Positions 21,377 through 24,000 of a stretch of 24,000 nucleotides of DNA are shown here, in pieces (within the stretch, counting starts at the first letter, position 1; every line of letters begins with the position of its first letter). This stretch comes from Candidatus Woesearchaeota archaeon. GTDB taxonomy: Archaea > Nanobdellota > Nanobdellia > Woesearchaeales > UBA11576. The DNA lies in contig JABGYH010000008.1 in assembly GCA_018675335.1 (NCBI GenBank), positions 38,605 to 62,604 of the forward strand. The letters run 5' to 3'. The notes under the pieces are model-generated. The model was not told where the DNA came from. It saw nothing but the letters and a program-made list of their open reading frames with translations, and searched no databases. A program made the position numbers and the translations under genes.

Positions 21377-22939
21377 ATGAGGAAAAATATATTTTTAATT
21401 TTAACACTGACACTATTACTAGGGACATTATTAATTTCTGGATGTGCAAAACAACAATACGTACCACAAACAGCTGATCCAGTATCAAGCGCAACAGACT
21501 TAATAGACTTAGAACCCAAACAAGAAGAAGTAGTTGTAGATATTGAAATTGACTCAGAAGAATTATTAAAAGATTCCGAAGAAGAACCTGTAAAAATCGA
21601 AACTCCAGTTCTCGATAAAAGAATTGTTGCACTAAAAAAAGCAACAGAAAAAGTCCAATCATACGAATTCTTTTACAGAGGAGTAAATGAGGGAAAATAC
21701 GCAAATGTTTTATCAAAAATGAGCCATTTTTTTGTATATAAAAATGCAGTTAAAATAATCATTCCAAAAAAACAAAACTATTTTCCAGAAGATGTTTTTA
21801 ACATAGTATATTTAGATAAAGCAAATAAAAAAGCATATGGTTACTGTACAGATTTTAAATACTGTGCAAAAATGGATTCACTAAGAGAATTAAATTATGA
21901 TGATTACAATATCGAATTACCACTCGAACTTACAAAAAATATTGAATTTGCAAGTTATGTAAAAAAACAACAAATAGAATTATCAAAAGATTCAATCGTT
22001 GTAGAATATTTTGAAGGTAAATCTGGAGAAGATAAAGTATGGCTTTGGATTTACGAATACAACGGCGCAGTATTACAGAAAGAAACATTCAAACAAGATG
22101 GAAAAGTAATTACTATTGATTTTGATGAAATGCTTTTTAATAAAGTAAACAAAGAAGATGTATATCCTCCAAAAGACGTTTTACCACCTGGATTTGGAAA
22201 TCAAATAATACCTGACGAGGAAAAATCAAACACAGATACGAGTTCCACTGAAATACAAACAACACAAACTCAACTAAGTGACACTGCAGGCGTAAATAAA
22301 GACTGTGTCACAATACAAGGACTTATGAGAGTTTCAGAAGACACTAAAATTTGTCCTGGAACTTACACATTAAGACAAGGAATAAGTATTTCTGAATCAA
22401 ATGTAACACTTGATTGTAATGGTGCAACAATACAAGGTTCACCACATGATTACTTAGATAAAGATATTGTAGGAGTTAATTTCAGATCAGATTCCCGAGG
22501 AGTAAAACTAATTAATTGCGTAATTAAGGACTTTGGAATAGGAGTTAAATTAACCACAGATAGTAACTTTTTATTCAATAATACAATAACAAAAAATAGT
22601 GTTGGAGTACTTATGGAACAACTAGATTACCCATATTATGTGGACTTTGAAATCAAAGAAAATGAATTATTAAAAAACAGAATTTTTGATAATGATCGAC
22701 AAGTGGGCGTTGATGATCAAACTTATGACATATACGCAGATGAATTAAGAGATGTTATTGCCAATGAAAACTATTGGGGTGAAGACTTAAAAGACGGATG
22801 TAAATATATTCGATTTTTTGATAAAGCTCACGTAGAAATTTATGATAAAGGCAGAATATCAACAAAGAAAATGATAATTACAACCACATCTTATGAAGAT
22901 ATAGAAATGACAAAGAAAAAAATCTGCCCAATAGAATAA
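21377..22939 (+). CDS. predicted lipoprotein with a C-terminal right-handed parallel beta-helix (PbH1/NosD-like) domain
   Basis: The signal peptide and lipobox read MRKNIFLILTLTLLLGTLLISGC. The C-terminus has short repeats of the type GVKLINCVIKDFGIGVKLTTDSNFLFNNTITKNSVGVLME, characteristic of beta-helix coils. Confidence 0.7.
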   Translation: MRKNIFLILTLTLLLGTLLISGCAKQQYVPQTADPVSSATDLIDLEPKQEEVVVDIEIDSEELLKDSEEEPVKIETPVLDKRIVALKKATEKVQSYEFFYRGVNEGKYANVLSKMSHFFVYKNAVKIIIPKKQNYFPEDVFNIVYLDKANKKAYGYCTDFKYCAKMDSLRELNYDDYNIELPLELTKNIEFASYVKKQQIELSKDSIVVEYFEGKSGEDKVWLWIYEYNGAVLQKETFKQDGKVITIDFDEMLFNKVNKEDVYPPKDVLPPGFGNQIIPDEEKSNTDTSSTEIQTTQTQLSDTAGVNKDCVTIQGLMRVSEDTKICPGTYTLRQGISISESNVTLDCNGATIQGSPHDYLDKDIVGVNFRSDSRGVKLINCVIKDFGIGVKLTTDSNFLFNNTITKNSVGVLMEQLDYPYYVDFEIKENELLKNRIFDNDRQVGVDDQTYDIYADELRDVIANENYWGEDLKDGCKYIRFFDKAHVEIYDKGRISTKKMIITTTSYEDIEMTKKKICPIE

Positions 22940-23041
22940 TAATTTGATAAAAAAAATAATCAAAAAAAAAAAATATTTAAATTTTTTATTATATTTTTAT
23001 TTTTTAAATTTAATTAACAACCCCGCAATCACTTCTTATTT

Positions 23042-24000
23042 TTAATCATACATTTTACTTACAGAACCATTATGTTCAATTCTAAAAATTGCTTCTGCAA
23101 AAACATCTTCAACTGGAACTTCAATATAATAATCTCTCGCATCAATAATTGCCCTATCATGCGTAACTGCATTTGTTGTGAAAAAATAATTCAAAACTCC
23201 GTCAGAATGTAATCTATCAAGCAAAACTAATGCAGGATGATTTAGTAATGATAATGCTGCTGCAAAAGAAACATTCATCGCACCTTCTTCTTTTACCAAT
23301 CTACAACCTTTATCTCCAGTCCCAAATGTTGCCACCAAATCATCAATTATTAATGAACTTAAACCTTTACCCTTACTATCAACAAACTGGCGAATTCGTC
23401 GCATTATTTGTCTAGCTACTTCTGGATCACTAATATCCCCGTTAACCATCCTATCAATTTCGCGAAGTTGCGCTATAGGATCAACCTCATATTGCACGAT
23501 ATCACCTATTAATTGTGCACTAGCAATTGTACTTGGATTACTATAATCTCTTTCTTTGTAAATAATACCCATTTTTGATCCAGTTTTGTTAGCAACGTGC
23601 CTAGCCCTTGTAGCACCACCAATATCCGGCGAAATACAAACCATATCATTAAAACCAATAATATCATTTATAGCTGCAATTAAATTTTTACTAGAATAAA
23701 GCGTTTCTAATTGTGCAGTTCTAAAAAAACCACGAATAGCCCTATTGTGAATATCCATAGTCAAAACTCTTTTTACAACTCCCATTCCTGCATCTTCAAT
23801 TTCTCTTGAGACCATTCTTGCAGTTAAACCTTCTCTATCAAGAACTTTATCTTGACGCGCATAAGGAAAAACTGGAAGAACTGCAGTAATTTCTGATGCT
23901 CTTGCTTCCTTTGCTGCGTCGATTGCAGTTTTTAATGCCATGAAATTATCATTTACACTATGACGCGTAAAAAATTCTTGTGAAGAAAGTAACTTACCTC
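23042..24000 (-). CDS. prs: ribose-phosphate pyrophosphokinase (PRPP synthetase)-like, divergent; N-terminus lies beyond the window end
   Basis: The frame stays open upstream of the track's ATG (23941) to the window edge (..GKLLSSQEFFTRHSVNDNFMALKTAIDAAK), matching the Prs NDNLMELL region. It continues with ITAVLPVFPYARQDK, MDIHN, SPDIGG and IIDDLVATFGT. Relative to canonical Prs it carries an insertion (see findings). Confidence 0.85.
   Translation of the reverse strand, partial: GKLLSSQEFFTRHSVNDNFMALKTAIDAAKEARASEITAVLPVFPYARQDKVLDREGLTARMVSREIEDAGMGVVKRVLTMDIHNRAIRGFFRTAQLETLYSSKNLIAAINDIIGFNDMVCISPDIGGATRARHVANKTGSKMGIIYKERDYSNPSTIASAQLIGDIVQYEVDPIAQLREIDRMVNGDISDPEVARQIMRRIRQFVDSKGKGLSSLIIDDLVATFGTGDKGCRLVKEEGAMNVSFAAALSLLNHPALVLLDRLHSDGVLNYFFTTNAVTHDRAIIDARDYYIEVPVEDVFAEAIFRIEHNGSVSKMYD

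Noticed and set aside
21354-21716. 120-aa minus-strand ORF overlapping the start of the lipoprotein gene
   Set aside because: The sequence is leucine-rich and low in complexity, antisense to a gene with a good signal peptide and lipobox, and has no start-site signals.
883-23415. About 30 track ORFs of 60-171 aa lying antisense to, or out of frame with, longer motif-bearing genes. Examples: 883..1104-, 1044..1277-, 1442..1702+, 3457..3639-, 5933..6148-, 5974..6174-, 7633..7851-, 7733..7966-, 8720..8905-, 9090..9455-, 9910..10122-, 12384..12587-. Also 12750..12950-, 12947..13138-, 13324..13512+, 14184..14501-, 14574..14768-, 15076..15285-, 15848..16060-, 16256..16489-, 16479..16691-, 17598..17786-, 18229..18483-, 18574..18834-, 20336..20521-, 21095..21352-, 23230..23415+.
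   Set aside because: Each is fully or largely nested in a gene with clear family motifs on the other strand or frame. Their translations are low-complexity (L/F/S/I/C-rich), as expected from reading AT-rich coding DNA in the wrong frame. None has an SD or TATA signal.
1-24000. Search for CRISPR arrays, rRNA genes, additional tRNAs, IS elements, inteins, and in-frame stop-codon reassignment
   Set aside because: I saw no regularly spaced 25-40-bp repeats and no rRNA-like conserved stretches. There is no second T-arm/acceptor-stem combination and no transposase or intein motif. All motif-bearing genes read through cleanly with the standard code.

Overview
AT-rich (about 30-35% GC from hand counts), compact window that reads as archaeal, most likely a small-genome DPANN-type archaeon. 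Supporting signs: a Hel308/Ski2-type helicase, TrmB, HTH_10 (Bat-like) and HTH_45-like regulators, a COG1361-type ABC accessory protein, Shine-Dalgarno sequences matching GGAGGTGA, TTTAAATA-type boxes about 23 nt upstream of apparently leaderless ATGs, oligo-T terminators, and a tRNA with no encoded CCA. I call 23 protein-coding genes (two cut by the window edges), one tRNA-Ile(GAU), one probable gene remnant and several repeats or operator-like palindromes. I found no rRNA, CRISPR array, cas gene, transposase or integrase. Housekeeping content: rubrerythrin, a MacB-type ABC transporter operon, purB-purA and prs (IMP to AMP and PRPP supply). The most unusual items are: (1) PurA fused through a T/Q/N/P-rich linker to an intact-looking HAD phosphatase, next to a PurB whose ~120-aa C-terminal extension looks like a capless, catalytically dead HAD core; (2) a stand-alone Hel308 C-terminal half starting at the RecA1/RecA2 boundary; (3) a cluster of Bat-like regulator, radical SAM/twitch enzyme, wHTH and membrane protein of unknown substrate, with a perfect 21-bp tandem duplication forming both convergent gene ends; (4) a scarred patch around tRNA-Ile with headless ORF fragments, orphan proteins, an upstream repeat array and GC-rich CCCyTnAAGGG palindromes; (5) a PRPP synthetase with a ~45-aa insertion and an altered ribose-5-phosphate loop. 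All functional calls come from motif recognition by eye. No database search was run.
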